A stretch of DNA of 64,000 nucleotides from Alteromonas sp. KUL49 (GCF_006538345.1 NZ_BJKL01000006.1:127095-191094), one strand, 5' to 3'; counted from the stretch's first letter, positions 52,092 through 63,811 are shown. The notes: generated from the sequence alone by a model not told the origin. Numbers and translations: made by a program.

Positions 52092-52577
52092 TTAAAACGC
52101 CTCAACAGCCTCGCCCGAAAGTCGATATCCAACTGACGCTATATCACCTTTCCAGCCTTCTGTAGACATTTCACCGGTTACCCAAATCGCATCATAAAGA
52201 TTATCTATGGAGATTCCCTCTTCAAAAGTCACATGCACAATTTGATTAGAAGGTGGAGGGGGTACGTGAACACAAGCCCCAAAAAAGGGTACCAATAGAA
52301 ATTCCGTAATTTTATCTGCATCACCTTCTAGCGGTACAACAAACCCCGGTACTTTTACTCGCATACCGTCATACTTTTCAACCACAGGCGCATTGGGTTG
52401 AAGTTGCGTCATTTGACTGTCGTGTTGCATGAGGGGAGCGGTAAGTTCATTGAAACCCTCTGGAACGAGATCTTCCCAATACACTTCAACAGCAGCGTCG
52501 TCACTCATAACGCCAGTATGGAAAAACAAGAAAAATGCTAAAAAGCCTGTCGTAATACTATTTTTTATTCTTTGCAT
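52092..52577 (-). CDS. DUF3299 domain protein (secreted)
   Basis: Signal peptide plus a ...FGACVHVPPPPSNQ... motif. Confidence 0.55.
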   Translation of the reverse strand: MQRIKNSITTGFLAFFLFFHTGVMSDDAAVEVYWEDLVPEGFNELTAPLMQHDSQMTQLQPNAPVVEKYDGMRVKVPGFVVPLEGDADKITEFLLVPFFGACVHVPPPPSNQIVHVTFEEGISIDNLYDAIWVTGEMSTEGWKGDIASVGYRLSGEAVEAF

Positions 52578-52714
52578 GAATCTATAAAACCTATCTGCAA
52601 CGCACCAACTAAAAAGGGTTCGCGACTACGAACCCTTTAATACGTTGAAGTGCTGTGTAAGGGTTAGTTACCGTAAAACGCTACCTTCCCTTACTATACA
52701 CATGAGAGTAAAAA

Positions 52715-53245
52715 TTACTCTGCTTCGTAGCGTGCAACACTTGCAGTAATTTCTTCTTTCGCTGCGGCAGCGTCTGCCCAGCCATCTACCTTAACCCATT
52801 TACCTGGCTCAAGATCTTTGTAGTGCTCAAAGAAGTGCTCGATTTGCTTAAGTAGCAAAGGCTCAACGTCAGAGATTTCTTTAACGCCACGGTAAATTGT
52901 TGAAAGCTTGTCTACTGGAACCGCAAGCACCTTCGCGTCTTTACCAGATTCGTCAGTCATGTTTAAAACGCCAACTGGGCGACAGCGAATAACAGAGCCA
53001 GCAAGAAGTGGGAACGGAGTGATTACTAATACGTCGACTGGGTCACCGTCTTCAGACAGTGTATTTGGCACATAACCATAGTTAGTTGGGTAGTGCATAC
53101 AAGTTGCCATGAAACGGTCAACAAAAATAGCACCCGAGTCTTTGTCTACTTCGTATTTCACTGGGTCTGCGTGGGCAGGAATTTCAATGATTACATTTAC
53201 TTCTTCTGGCAGGTTTTTGCCTGCAGGAACAGCATTCAAGCTCAT
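52715..53245 (-). CDS. ppa: Inorganic pyrophosphatase
   Basis: 176 aa with the family I PPase signature. Confidence 0.95.
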   Translation of the reverse strand: MSLNAVPAGKNLPEEVNVIIEIPAHADPVKYEVDKDSGAIFVDRFMATCMHYPTNYGYVPNTLSEDGDPVDVLVITPFPLLAGSVIRCRPVGVLNMTDESGKDAKVLAVPVDKLSTIYRGVKEISDVEPLLLKQIEHFFEHYKDLEPGKWVKVDGWADAAAAKEEITASVARYEAE

Positions 53246-53371
53246 TCTAATGTCCTTTCAATAATAACTAATTCAGTTGGCCGTAAGTATACGGCGAGCG
53301 CAGCAAAATAAAAACGCTTTACGACATATGTCGTACAAAACATCGTCAAAAACCGCGCGTATCGCGCCTAA

Positions 53372-54343
53372 TTATTTACTTTTGTAGCTCAAACAGGTTT
53401 CAACTTCTTCTTTTGAACCTATTAGCACTGGCACGCGCTGATGTATTTCTGTTGGCATAACTTCAAGAATACGTCCATCACCGGTATCAGCTAAACCACC
53501 TGCTTGCTCCATAAGGAACGCCATTGGGTTTGCTTCATAAAGTAGGCGAAGTTTACCTGGCTTTGCAGGGTCGCGTTTATCGTAGGGATACATGAAAATA
53601 CCACCACGACATAACAAACGGTGAATATCACCTACCATGGCCGCCACCCAGCGCATGTTGTAATTTTTACCACGAGGACCCTCTTCACCTGCTAGAAGGT
53701 CATTGATGTAGCTTTGCATCGACGGTTCCCAATGGCGCTGATTTGACGCGTTAATTGAGAACTCTTTGGTTTGCTCGGGCACTTTTACATTGGGATGGGT
53801 TAAAAGGAAACCACCGTGGGTTTTATCCAAGGTATAAATGTGAGTACCACGGCCTGTCGTTAGCGCAAGCATAGTAGATGGCCCGTACAATACGTAACCC
53901 GCCGCAACCATTTGCGTACCCGGTTGCAAAAATGCAGAAGGATCGTTTGGCTCCATCCACTGAGGTGCATGTGTAATCGAGAAAATAGTACCGATCAGGC
54001 TGTTAATTTCGGTATTAGATGATCCATCAAGTGGGTCAAAGCTCACTAGGTAGTTACCGTCAGGGTTACAACCCACTACGTCATCCTCTTCTTCTGAAGA
54101 GATAGCTTTAACGTAACCAGATTCACTTAAAATATCTTTAAGGATTTGGTTTGAGATAACATCTAGCTTTTTCTGTGTTTCGCCTTGTACGTTTTCAGAC
54201 AGGGTCGAACCAAGTACGCCGGCCAATGCGCCCTGACTGACGCGGAAAGATATTTCTTTACAGCCTGCTAAAAGTGTACGAATAAGAAGGATGAGTTCTA
54301 ACGGGGCACCGTCGTTCTGCAGTTGTGAATTTAAACGTTTCAT
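53372..54343 (-). CDS. fbp: Fructose-1,6-bisphosphatase class 1
   Basis: It aligns with E. coli Fbp (…DPLDGSSN…). The start was chosen at MKRLNSQLQ. Confidence 0.93.
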   Translation of the reverse strand: MKRLNSQLQNDGAPLELILLIRTLLAGCKEISFRVSQGALAGVLGSTLSENVQGETQKKLDVISNQILKDILSESGYVKAISSEEEDDVVGCNPDGNYLVSFDPLDGSSNTEINSLIGTIFSITHAPQWMEPNDPSAFLQPGTQMVAAGYVLYGPSTMLALTTGRGTHIYTLDKTHGGFLLTHPNVKVPEQTKEFSINASNQRHWEPSMQSYINDLLAGEEGPRGKNYNMRWVAAMVGDIHRLLCRGGIFMYPYDKRDPAKPGKLRLLYEANPMAFLMEQAGGLADTGDGRILEVMPTEIHQRVPVLIGSKEEVETCLSYKSK

Positions 54344-54635
54344 CGTGTGGTTAAGCCTTTTTGTGGGTGTAGGGTAACAACCAATCAAGCGTCAGTATTT
54401 CCTTACCTCTTTGCGAAACCAACAATACAAACCGTGTAGGAAAAGTTTGTATACAATCACAAAGGTTGACCACTTTTGACTGATTGCGTGAGCAACTTTG
54501 CACTCACCTAGTGATTGTAACCGCCTTTTGCACTAAGTGAAACCAATCTCACACACAACATACCAGCCTATTCGCGCCGTCCTCAGCTTCTGTTAAAGTA
54601 GGCGCAAATCGCGGTAAAAATAACGAGATAGATAC

Positions 54636-55990
54636 ATGCACATACATATACTGGGTATTTGTGGCAGTTTTATGGGTGGTATTGCAGCTATTGCAAAATC
54701 CCTAGGTCACAAGGTGACAGGTTCAGATACCAATGTTTACCCTCCCATGAGTACACAGTTGGAAAACTTAGGTATTGCTCTCACCCAAGGTTACGATTCG
54801 GCTCAGTTTGACCCAGCGCCAGATATGGTCGTGATTGGCAATGCAATGTCACGAGGCAACCCTGCAGTTGAGTATGTACTGAACCGCAACTTGCCTTATA
54901 CAAGCGGCCCTCAATGGTTGTTAGATAATCTATTAAAAGATCGCTGGGTGATTGGTCTATCAGGCACTCATGGCAAAACAACTACCAGTAGTATGGTGGC
55001 GTGGATACTTGAGTTTGCGGGGCTTAATCCCGGCTTTTTGATTGGCGGTGTACCTGAAAACTTTGGTGTATCAGCCCGTATCGGAAAAAGTCCCTTCTTT
55101 GTTATCGAGGCCGATGAATACGACAGTGCGTTTTTTGACAAGCGTTCTAAATTTGTTCACTACCGACCAAAGACACTTGTTATCAACAATTTAGAATTTG
55201 ATCACGCGGATATTTTTGCCAATCTTGAGGCCATTCAAACCCAGTTTCACCATTTGGTGAGAATGGTGCCGCAAACTGGCCTTATTCTTTATCCTGAACA
55301 AGAACAAGCCATTGTGGAAACCCTGGAAAAAGGCTGCTGGAGCGAATGCCAAACTCTGGGGGTTGACTGGACAGCCAAGCGTATTGAGGCGGATGGCAGC
55401 GTTTTTGAAGTGATTCACAAGGGTGAAGCTGTGGGTACTGTGCACTGGTCATTAATTGGAGAACACAATATCAATAACGGACTTATGGCTATTGCTGCCG
55501 CGCACCATGCAGGTGTAACGCTTAGCGACGCTATAGCAGCATTGAGTTCGTTTAAAAATGTTAAACGTCGTATGGAAACCAAGGAAACGTTGGCGGCATC
55601 ACGGTTTATGACGACTTTGCCCACCACCCCACGGCCATTGAAACTACCCTAAAAGGCCTCAGAAACCGTGTAGGTAATCAGCGTATTCTCGCCGTGCTAG
55701 AACCCCGTTCAAACACAATGAAGATGGGTGTTCACCAACACAGTCTTGCTCAGTCTTGGCAAAACGCGGATCAAGTATACCTGTATGAACCGCCGGGCAT
55801 GGATTGGTCACTGGAAGAGGCCGCAAAAGGCAGTAAAGTACCCACAAGCTGCTATAACAAGGTAGAGGACATCGTTCAGCAACTAAAGGTGATCGCGCAA
55901 CCTCAAGATCACATATTAGTCATGAGTAATGGTGGTTTCGAAGGTATCCATCAACGTATTTTAGATGCACTTGCCGAGGACAAAGGCTAA
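54636..55990 (+). CDS. mpl: UDP-N-acetylmuramate:L-alanyl-gamma-D-glutamyl-meso-DAP ligase; apparent -1 frameshift in an A-run at 55585-55587
   Basis: N-terminal part in ORF 54636..55652; the C-terminal part (…VGGITVYDDFAHHPTAIETTL…AVLEPRSNTMKMG…) is in ORF 55694..55990. Inserting one A gives ...RRMETKENVGGITVYDDFAHHPTAI... Confidence 0.85.
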
Positions 55991-56626
55991 ATGAAGCATG
56001 ACAAACAAGTAACACTGGCCATCACAGGGGCGTCTGGCGCTCCCTATGCACTGACGTTGATGCAGTCATTAGTTAATGCAGATTACCAAATCTACGTATT
56101 GATATCGTCCGCGGCAAAAGTGGTATTTGCCACTGAGGAAAACTTAAAAATTCCCGCAAGACCCTCTGATGCTGCAGCATTTTTTACCGAACGTTGTAAC
56201 GCTAAGCCCGAGCAGATTAAGGTGTTTGGCAAAGACGAGTGGTTTTCTCCTGTGGCGTCTGGTTCAGCAGCCCCATCGAAAATGGTGGTCTGCCCCTGCT
56301 CTACAGGGACGCTTTCTGCGATTGCCGTAGGTGCCAGTGATAACCTCATTGAGCGTGCCGCAGATGTGGTCATTAAAGAACGAGGACAACTCATTCTTGT
56401 CACTCGCGAGATGCCATTGTCGTCTATACATTTAGAAAACATGCTTAAGCTGTCACAAATTGGTGCCACTATAATGCCTGCATCACCGGGTTTTTATCAC
56501 AATCCTGAGAGCGTTCAAGACCTTGTAGATTTTGTTATTGCAAGGGTACTAGACCATTTGGGCGTTGAACAAAGCCACGTGGCCCGTTGGGGATACCAAA
56601 CAAGTAAACACAAAGAGAGTCAATAA
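55991..56626 (+). CDS. ubiX: Flavin prenyltransferase UbiX
   Basis: Flavoprotein N-terminus (…[13 protein letters not shown]…). Confidence 0.9.
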   Translation: MKHDKQVTLAITGASGAPYALTLMQSLVNADYQIYVLISSAAKVVFATEENLKIPARPSDAAAFFTERCNAKPEQIKVFGKDEWFSPVASGSAAPSKMVVCPCSTGTLSAIAVGASDNLIERAADVVIKERGQLILVTREMPLSSIHLENMLKLSQIGATIMPASPGFYHNPESVQDLVDFVIARVLDHLGVEQSHVARWGYQTSKHKESQ

Positions 56627-57435
56627 TGTTTCGGATTCGACAGAACACTATAAAGTTATTATTGGGTGCAGCGCTAAGTACGCTTGTTGCATCGCCAGTA
56701 TGGGCGTGGGGACAAACCGGCCACCGTGTAACTGGTGCTATTGCACAACAGTACTTGAGCCCTCTAAGCCATGCTGCATTAATGGATCTTCTGCCCAGCC
56801 GTTCATTGGCTCGAGCATCTACCTATGCTGATGAAATGCGATCTAACCCCTCTGAATTTTGGCAAAAAACGGCATCGCCATGGCACTACGTATCGGTACC
56901 TGAAGGGAAACATTATCATGAGGTAGGTGCACCAAAGGAAGGTGATGCAGTAACGGCTTTGGCTGCATTTACCGAAACGCTTAAAAGCGACTCTGCGAGC
57001 GTTGAAGATAAGCAATTAGCCCTACGCTTTATTGTGCATATTATCGGCGATTTACACCAACCATTACACGCTGGTAATGGTACTGACCGCGGGGGTAACG
57101 ACGTGAAGGTGCGCTTTTTCTGGCAAGACTCTAACCTTCACCGAGTATGGGATTCACAAATGCTCGACAATCGCCAGTTGTCCTACACCGAATGGACAAA
57201 CTGGCTAACAAAATCAATTACTGCTGAAGATATTCGCGCGTGGGACAGTACAGACCCCCTCGTATGGATTACTGAAAGCACAGAAATACGTGACACCATT
57301 TATCCCGAAGATGCTAACAGAATGTCGTACGACTACTTATACGATCACCTACCAACCGCAGAAAAGCGTCTTAAGATGGCAGGCATTCGTATCGCGTTGT
57401 ACTTGAATCGAGTATTCGAAGAAGCTAACCAATAA
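56626..57435 (+). CDS. Secreted S1/P1-family nuclease
   Basis: Signal peptide, then AWGQTGH and HxxGDxHQPLH zinc ligands. The TAATG junction overlaps ubiX. Confidence 0.8.
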   Translation: MFRIRQNTIKLLLGAALSTLVASPVWAWGQTGHRVTGAIAQQYLSPLSHAALMDLLPSRSLARASTYADEMRSNPSEFWQKTASPWHYVSVPEGKHYHEVGAPKEGDAVTALAAFTETLKSDSASVEDKQLALRFIVHIIGDLHQPLHAGNGTDRGGNDVKVRFFWQDSNLHRVWDSQMLDNRQLSYTEWTNWLTKSITAEDIRAWDSTDPLVWITESTEIRDTIYPEDANRMSYDYLYDHLPTAEKRLKMAGIRIALYLNRVFEEANQ

Positions 57436-57483
57436 GCAAGAGTAACCGGGGCTGGCTCAGCCCCAGCGTTCGTGCATTTTCTA

Positions 57484-57969
57484 TCAGTCGATATCCAAAG
57501 GCTCAGGAGAGAGAATAACACCTGTACTATCGGCGTAGAGGTGGTCTTCTGGCAAAAACGTCACTCCCCCGAAGTTTACGGGTATATCTACGTCGCCAGT
57601 GCTTTCACTTTCAGCATTCACGGGGATCGTTGAAACGGCAAGTAAACCAATATCCATATCCACAAGAGTATCAACCTCTCTCACACTACCGTAACAAACA
57701 ATACCTTCCCAATCGTTATCAATAGCGAGCTGCAATGATGCGCTGTCGATGAGCGCTCTACGCGTAGAGCCACCACCGTCAATCAACAATACTTTACCTT
57801 CTCCGGATTGGGCTAATACGCGGTCAATCAATCCACGGTCTTCGTAGCACTTGATGGTGGTAATTTCTCCGCCAAACGAGTAGCGACCACCGTAGCTCGC
57901 AAAAATTGGGTCAACCACGTCGACGCTATCTGCAAACAAGTCGCATAATTCGGAAGTGTTGTAATCCAT
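57484..57969 (-). CDS. rraA: RraA-family protein (regulator of RNase E activity / MenG-like)
   Basis: 161 aa RraA fold (…[37 protein letters not shown]…). Confidence 0.8.
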   Translation of the reverse strand: MDYNTSELCDLFADSVDVVDPIFASYGGRYSFGGEITTIKCYEDRGLIDRVLAQSGEGKVLLIDGGGSTRRALIDSASLQLAIDNDWEGIVCYGSVREVDTLVDMDIGLLAVSTIPVNAESESTGDVDIPVNFGGVTFLPEDHLYADSTGVILSPEPLDID

Positions 57970-58267
57970 TGTATTGCCTTACCTTTGCCTAACTGAACTT
58001 AAAAACTGCAACAATTACAGTGTGTAATATGCTGGTGCTACACACAAAAACTGTGAGAAGTGACATACGCTCTGTGAACTAGCATAGCACTTATTCAAGA
58101 GTTTAAAACTGTTACTTATCTAGGATATTAAATTTACGTAACTCTCTGAAAAATAACGTGCAAAAATATCCACCCGATCTTCTTTACACGGTGGCTGTCA
58201 CAAAGGTTTCTTTTTTTGTAACAGGAGGGTCACAGTCGCCTTTTAGCCTATTTATTAATCAAGGTTA

Positions 58268-58802
58268 ATGGGCGTAAATCACGTGCTATTAAAATCATTT
58301 ACGAAATATGACACAGAGCTTTTTTACTTTCTGTATCGCCTTACAGTAAAACGAGACTGTAGGAGCATCATCTGGCTGTCTAAAAACCGGCGACGGGTAT
58401 CTCTATTTCGTGATCGGCATGTTATTGTGGGCTTTCGAGCCTCAACACGGTGAGCTCTTTTTGTACACAGCACTCATGGCGTACGCACTGGAGCTACCCG
58501 TTTATGTTGTGCTTAAAAAGATGTTCAAACGCCCACGACCTTGCGACTTCTTAGTTAACTTAACTGCACACGTCACGCCTTCTGATAAGTTTTCATTGCC
58601 TTCCGGTCATACCGCCGCAGCATGGTTAATGGCGAGTATCGTCGCCCATTATTATCCACCTTTCGCACTACTTGCTTACAGCTGGGCAGCCCTTATTGGC
58701 CTGTCTCGTGTATTGCTTGGGGTTCACTATCCTTCTGACGTGCTCGCCGGTACTGCACTTGGCGTCACGATAGCTTCTTTGAGTATTTCCATTCTGGGGT
58801 AA
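58268..58802 (+). CDS. PAP2-family phosphatase; apparent frameshift in an A5 run at 58382-58386
   Basis: ORF 58268..58453 gives the N-terminus. ORF 58410..58802 carries KRPRP...PSGHT...SRVLLGVHYPSDV. Deleting one A joins them as ...IIWLSKTGDGYLYFVIGML... Confidence 0.65.
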
Positions 58803-58803
58803 C

Positions 58804-59871
58804 ATGAAATTATTGTATGGCGTGCAAGGGACCGGCAACGGTCATATTGCTCGCGCAAGAATTATGGCTGCGGCGCTGGCCCAGCGAGATGATATTGACG
58901 TGGATTTCGTTTTTACTGGCAGAGATCCTGAAAAATACTTCGACATGGATGTATTTGGTGACTACCGAACGTTTTCTGGCTTGAGTTTTATCACCAAGCA
59001 TGGGCGGGTAGACCAATGGCAAACCGTGAAGCAGGCTAATGTTACTGCGCTATTTCGCGATATTCGCCAATTTGACACGTCTAAATACGATTTGATGGTT
59101 AACGATTTTGAGCCAGTCACTGCATGGGCGGCTAGACGACAAAAACTACCATCCATTTCAATTAGCCATCAGGCATCTTTTTCTTATGACGTACCCAAGT
59201 CTGGCGACACTATTCTAGACAAGCTACTGATGCGTACATTTGCTCCCACCGATGTGCAGCTTGGTGTGCATTGGTACCACTTTGGGCATCCTATTGTGCC
59301 GCCATTCGTGGCAGATAAGCCGGCGACAGTAGCGAGTAATCAGCATGTCTTAGTGTACTTACCTTTTGAAGACGTTAACGACGTTCAACAAATGTTAGAA
59401 CCTCTCAGCGACCAACAATTTCAGTGCTTTCACCCTGAGATAAAAGAAGCGCGTGATTGTGGCCATATTCAATGGCACCCTACGTCAAAAGTACATTTTC
59501 AGAAAGCACTGCAGCACTGTAGTGGTGTTATTGCTAACGGCGGCTTTGAATTATCCAGTGAAGCGCTGCACTTAGGTAAAAAACTTTTAATAAAGCCATT
59601 ACACGGACAATTTGAACAACTATCCAATGTACTCACGTTGAATCAACTTGATCTTTGCCAAACACTGTTCCAGCTCGATACGGATATTGTTGAAGAATGG
59701 CTCGAATCGCCGGACATAGAACGCATCGAATTTCCAGACGATCCAACACCACTGATAGACTGGCTCAAAAAAGGGGATTTGCACGACACAAAAACCCTCT
59801 GCGAAACCCTTTGGAAACACGTTAAATACGGCGATAAAACACGCTCGCGATTATTGTCTCTTGCAATTTAA
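58804..59871 (+). CDS. MJ1255/VC2487-type glycosyltransferase
   Basis: MKLLYGVQGTGNGHIARARIMA N-terminus; ATGA overlap with the PAP2 stop. Confidence 0.7.
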   Translation: MKLLYGVQGTGNGHIARARIMAAALAQRDDIDVDFVFTGRDPEKYFDMDVFGDYRTFSGLSFITKHGRVDQWQTVKQANVTALFRDIRQFDTSKYDLMVNDFEPVTAWAARRQKLPSISISHQASFSYDVPKSGDTILDKLLMRTFAPTDVQLGVHWYHFGHPIVPPFVADKPATVASNQHVLVYLPFEDVNDVQQMLEPLSDQQFQCFHPEIKEARDCGHIQWHPTSKVHFQKALQHCSGVIANGGFELSSEALHLGKKLLIKPLHGQFEQLSNVLTLNQLDLCQTLFQLDTDIVEEWLESPDIERIEFPDDPTPLIDWLKKGDLHDTKTLCETLWKHVKYGDKTRSRLLSLAI

Positions 59872-59883
59872 TCCCGCAATGCG

Positions 59884-60093
59884 ATGATAACGGCATTCTA
59901 TGAAGTTATCGCTGGAATTGCTGTGCTAAAAAAATGTGTTGCTTGCCTCTTTTTCACTCTATTTTTAGGTGGATGTGGATACAAAGGGGCATTGTACATT
60001 CCACCTGAAAGTGAGCTTTCTGAACCAGACGTTCAAGCCACCAAGCAAGAAGATGCACAGCAATCGCTTGCACCCATGCCTAGGGATTCGTAA
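59884..60093 (+). CDS. lptM: Small lipoprotein LptM (YifL)
   Basis: ...LFLGGCGYKGALYIPPE... is YifL-like and sits immediately upstream of lysA-dapF, as in E. coli. Confidence 0.6.
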   Translation: MITAFYEVIAGIAVLKKCVACLFFTLFLGGCGYKGALYIPPESELSEPDVQATKQEDAQQSLAPMPRDS

Positions 60094-60095
60094 AC

Positions 60096-61343
60096 GTGGA
60101 TTTTTTTGATTACAAAGACGGACAGTTATTTGCCGAAGATGCTGCAGTGAGAGACATTGCGGCAACGCACGGCACGCCGCTATATATTTATTCTCGCGCC
60201 ACTTTAGAGCGCCATTGGCACGCTTTTAATGACGCTATTGGTGATCACCCGCATCTTATTTGTTACGCCGTAAAAGCAAACTCAAATTTAGGTGTACTGA
60301 GTACATTAGCAAAACTAGGTTCTGGCTTTGATATTGTATCAGGCGGCGAACTTGCTCGTGTTATTGCAGCAGGTGGTGATCCGAGCAAAGTCGTATTCTC
60401 AGGCGTAGGCAAAACCTCAAAAGAAATTCGCTACGCATTAGAGCAAGGCATTCATTGTTTTAACGTAGAATCAGAGCCCGAACTACACCGTATCAATGCA
60501 GTGGCAGAGAGCATGAGCACCACGGCGTCGATTTCATTGCGTATCAACCCTGATGTAGATGCTAAAACCCACCCGTATATCTCAACTGGATTAAAAGCGA
60601 ATAAATTCGGTATTTCTCGCGAACGAGCGCTTGAGACTTATGAGCTTGCAGCGTCGCTAAGTCACTTAAACGTTGTAGGGATGGACTGTCATATCGGCTC
60701 ACAACTTACCGACATAGACCCATTTGTTGATGCATTAGAGCGTCTATTGGTATTGATTGACGAATTGGCTGAGCGCGATATTCATATCAAGCACTTAGAT
60801 GTTGGTGGCGGCCTTGGTGTGACATACGACAATGAAACACCGCCTCATCCCAAAGCTTACGCACAAGCAATGGCTGAAAAGATGCAAGGTCGAGAGCACC
60901 TCAAACTCATTTTAGAACCCGGTCGCGCTATTGCGGCAAACGCAGGTATTTTGGTCACCGAGGTAGAATTTATTAAGCAAGGCGAAGAAAAGAACTTCGC
61001 AATTGTTGATGCAGCAATGAATGACATGTTGCGTCCGTCGCTTTATTCAGCATGGCAGAAGATCATTCCTGTGAGTCAAACGTCTAGCGCTGAAGCTAAG
61101 ACTTATGATGTTGTTGGGCCTGTCTGCGAAACCGGTGATTTTCTTGGAAAAGATCGTGAACTCGCTGTTGAAGCAGGTGATTTACTCGCTGTTAGAAGTG
61201 CCGGTGCGTACGGTTTTGTGATGGCATCTAACTACAACAGTCGATGCCGTCCTGCAGAAGTGTTAGTTGATGGCGATAATGCGATTCTCGTTCGTGAAAG
61301 AGAATCATTGGATTCACTGTGGGCAGGCGAGCATACCGTTTAG
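60096..61343 (+). CDS. lysA: Diaminopimelate decarboxylase
   Basis: PLP-dependent fold III decarboxylase, 415 aa. Confidence 0.93.
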   Translation: MDFFDYKDGQLFAEDAAVRDIAATHGTPLYIYSRATLERHWHAFNDAIGDHPHLICYAVKANSNLGVLSTLAKLGSGFDIVSGGELARVIAAGGDPSKVVFSGVGKTSKEIRYALEQGIHCFNVESEPELHRINAVAESMSTTASISLRINPDVDAKTHPYISTGLKANKFGISRERALETYELAASLSHLNVVGMDCHIGSQLTDIDPFVDALERLLVLIDELAERDIHIKHLDVGGGLGVTYDNETPPHPKAYAQAMAEKMQGREHLKLILEPGRAIAANAGILVTEVEFIKQGEEKNFAIVDAAMNDMLRPSLYSAWQKIIPVSQTSSAEAKTYDVVGPVCETGDFLGKDRELAVEAGDLLAVRSAGAYGFVMASNYNSRCRPAEVLVDGDNAILVRERESLDSLWAGEHTV

Positions 61344-61376
61344 TTGGCAGAGCAATAGGAAAAAGAAACCGGTTCG

Positions 61377-62207
61377 ATGCAAGTTCAATTTTCAAAAATG
61401 CACGGTCTTGGGAACGACTTCATGGTCATTGATAATGTGACCCAGAATGTTTACTTCTCAAAAGATAAAATTCTTCAACTCGCCAATAGAAATTTTGGCA
61501 TCGGGTTCGATCAGCTATTAATGGTTGAACCGCCCTACGACCCAGAGCAAGATTTTCACTATCGCATTTTTAATGCGGATGGTTCAGAAGTTGAACAGTG
61601 CGGTAATGGTGCAAGGTGTTTTGCCCGTTTTGTTAAGCAAAAAGGCTTGATTAACCGCAATAAAATTGTGGTGAGCACCAAAGCGGGAAAAATGGTCCTG
61701 TATCTTGAAAAAGACGGCCAAGTAACGGTAAATATGGGTAAGCCCAATTTTGAACCTGCGCAAATCCCATTAAAAGCTAACAAGAAAGAGAACACCTACA
61801 TTTTACGGGTGGAAGACAAAACACTTTTCTGCGGTGCAGTTTCCATGGGCAACCCCCATTGTGTGATAGAAGTGGATGACGTAGACACTACTGAAGTGCT
61901 CACTATAGGCCCAAAAGTGGAAAAGCATGAACGCTTCCCCGAAGGCGTTAATGTGGGTTTTATGCAAATTATTAATGACAGTCATATTCGCCTTCGCGTG
62001 TTTGAACGAGGTACAGGTGAAACCCTTGCTTGCGGTAGCGGTGCGTGTGCTGCGGTGGCAGTAGGTCAACTTCAAGGTAAGTTAAGTAAGGACGTTCGTG
62101 TAGACCTACCGGGCGGAACACTTCGGATTCGATGGCCTGGCAATGACAATGTATTGAAAATGACTGGGCCAGCAGAACACGTTTACGATGGACAGCTAAA
62201 CCTATGA
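61377..62207 (+). CDS. dapF: Diaminopimelate epimerase
   Basis: [12 protein letters not shown] and the two catalytic Cys regions. Confidence 0.95.
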   Translation: MQVQFSKMHGLGNDFMVIDNVTQNVYFSKDKILQLANRNFGIGFDQLLMVEPPYDPEQDFHYRIFNADGSEVEQCGNGARCFARFVKQKGLINRNKIVVSTKAGKMVLYLEKDGQVTVNMGKPNFEPAQIPLKANKKENTYILRVEDKTLFCGAVSMGNPHCVIEVDDVDTTEVLTIGPKVEKHERFPEGVNVGFMQIINDSHIRLRVFERGTGETLACGSGACAAVAVGQLQGKLSKDVRVDLPGGTLRIRWPGNDNVLKMTGPAEHVYDGQLNL

Positions 62208-62895
62208 GTAATTTCTCAGAGCATAAAAATAATACCCTGCTAGATAGCCAGCCTGATGACTACTCCTTAAGTGCAGAAGAAGTAAGTGAATACCTACTTA
62301 CAAATCCAGACTTCTTTACTAAGCACCCCGAGGTTACTGAAAAGTTAGTCATCCCTCACACACAAAAAGGCAGTGTGTCGCTGGTAGAAATACAAGGTGA
62401 GTTACTGCGTAAAAAGACACGTCAGTTAAACTATAAGCTCAACCAACTGGTAACCATTGCTAAGCAAAACGAAAAATTTACCGCGTGTATACTGACTTAA
62501 ATGTTCAGCTGTTACGCTGTAAAAGTGTAGCTGAGGTTCAATACACATTAGAAGATGTTCTCCAAGAAAGACTCCAATTGTCGTGTGCCGTCATCAAGAG
62601 TTTTAAAGGCCCGCATGCAATCCCTGAGTTACAACAACGACTCTTTACCGAAAAACGTTTTCAATCAGAAACCTTCTTTTTTGGACGTCTCTCCCAACAT
62701 GAACGCCAGCTGTTGTTCAGTGAACAAGCCGCAGAATCTGTAGCCCTAATGCTATTGGGAGATAACAAAGACTTGGGTATTCTTGCTATAGGAAGCGCAG
62801 ATCCGTCTCACTTCACACCTGATATGGATACTCTGCTGTTACAACAGCTTCAGCAGGTTTTAAATATCATATTGCCCCCAATGATGGGCTATTAA
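62204..62895 (+). CDS. yigA: DUF484 protein YigA; apparent frameshift in an A5 run at 62472-62476
   Basis: It is split into ORFs 62204..62500 and 62485..62895. Inserting one A gives ...[25 protein letters not shown]... The dapF-yigA-xerC order matches E. coli. Confidence 0.7.
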
Positions 62896-62902
62896 GCGCA
62901 TT

Positions 62903-63811
62903 GTGAATAATGCCTCAATGCTGTCTGAAAACTGCCAGTTGTGGCTCGACAAATTCAGTCAGCATTTACGCGTAGAGCGCGGTTTATCAGAACACACCAT
63001 CAGTAATTATCGTCGACAGCTCACTGAAGTTGCCAAAACACTCGGCATACAAGAATGGGCTGAAGTGACCCCTTCAGATGTGAAGCGGGTGATGGGTACA
63101 GCGAAAATGGCAGGCAAAAAAGCCAACAGTATCGCATTAATGTTGTCAGCGCTCCGTACATTCAGCCAGTACCTTATCGATAATCAACAAAGAACAACTA
63201 ACCCAGTGGAAGGCATACAGGCTCCCAAACAAGGGCGCCCTTTACCCAAAAATCTCACCGTAGATGCCATGAATCAATTGCTCGCCGATGAAAGTGACGA
63301 AGATATTCTGTGTAGAGACCAAGCCATGTTCGAATTGCTTTACGGCTGCGGATTACGATTGAGCGAACTCACCGGCTTAAATGTTGAGGATTGCCTTAGC
63401 GATGGCACGGTAAGAGTGACAGGTAAGGGAAACAAAGCCAGAATACTACCACTGGGAAAACAAGCGCAAAAAGCACTGACAGCTTGGTTAAAAATACGAG
63501 GTCAGCACGCATCACCCTATGAAAATGCCGTGTTTGTGAGTAAACGCCGAACGCGGATCTCCAATCGGCAGGTAGCCAACCGATTGAATGCCATGGCGAT
63601 GCAGCAGAACATTAATCAGAAAGTAAGCCCCCATAAACTGCGCCATTCCTTCGCAACCCACGTATTAGAATCAAGTGGGGACCTACGTGCGGTTCAAGAG
63701 CTGTTAGGCCACGCGAATTTGTCCACCACTCAGGTGTATACCCACCTAGATTTTCAACACTTAGCCAAGGTATATGATCAAGCCCACCCACGGGCACAAA
63801 AGAAAAAATAG
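62903..63811 (+). CDS. xerC: Tyrosine recombinase XerC
   Basis: Catalytic motif HxxR...Y (…RHSFATHVLESSGDLRAVQELLGHANLSTTQVYTHL…). Confidence 0.95.
   Translation: MNNASMLSENCQLWLDKFSQHLRVERGLSEHTISNYRRQLTEVAKTLGIQEWAEVTPSDVKRVMGTAKMAGKKANSIALMLSALRTFSQYLIDNQQRTTNPVEGIQAPKQGRPLPKNLTVDAMNQLLADESDEDILCRDQAMFELLYGCGLRLSELTGLNVEDCLSDGTVRVTGKGNKARILPLGKQAQKALTAWLKIRGQHASPYENAVFVSKRRTRISNRQVANRLNAMAMQQNINQKVSPHKLRHSFATHVLESSGDLRAVQELLGHANLSTTQVYTHLDFQHLAKVYDQAHPRAQKKK

Noticed and set aside
62903-63811. The tyrosine recombinase could be a mobile-element integrase.
   Set aside because: It is XerC in the conserved lptM-lysA-dapF-yigA-xerC-yigB synteny, which marks a chromosome dimer resolvase and not an island integrase. 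There is no flanking tRNA or direct repeats.
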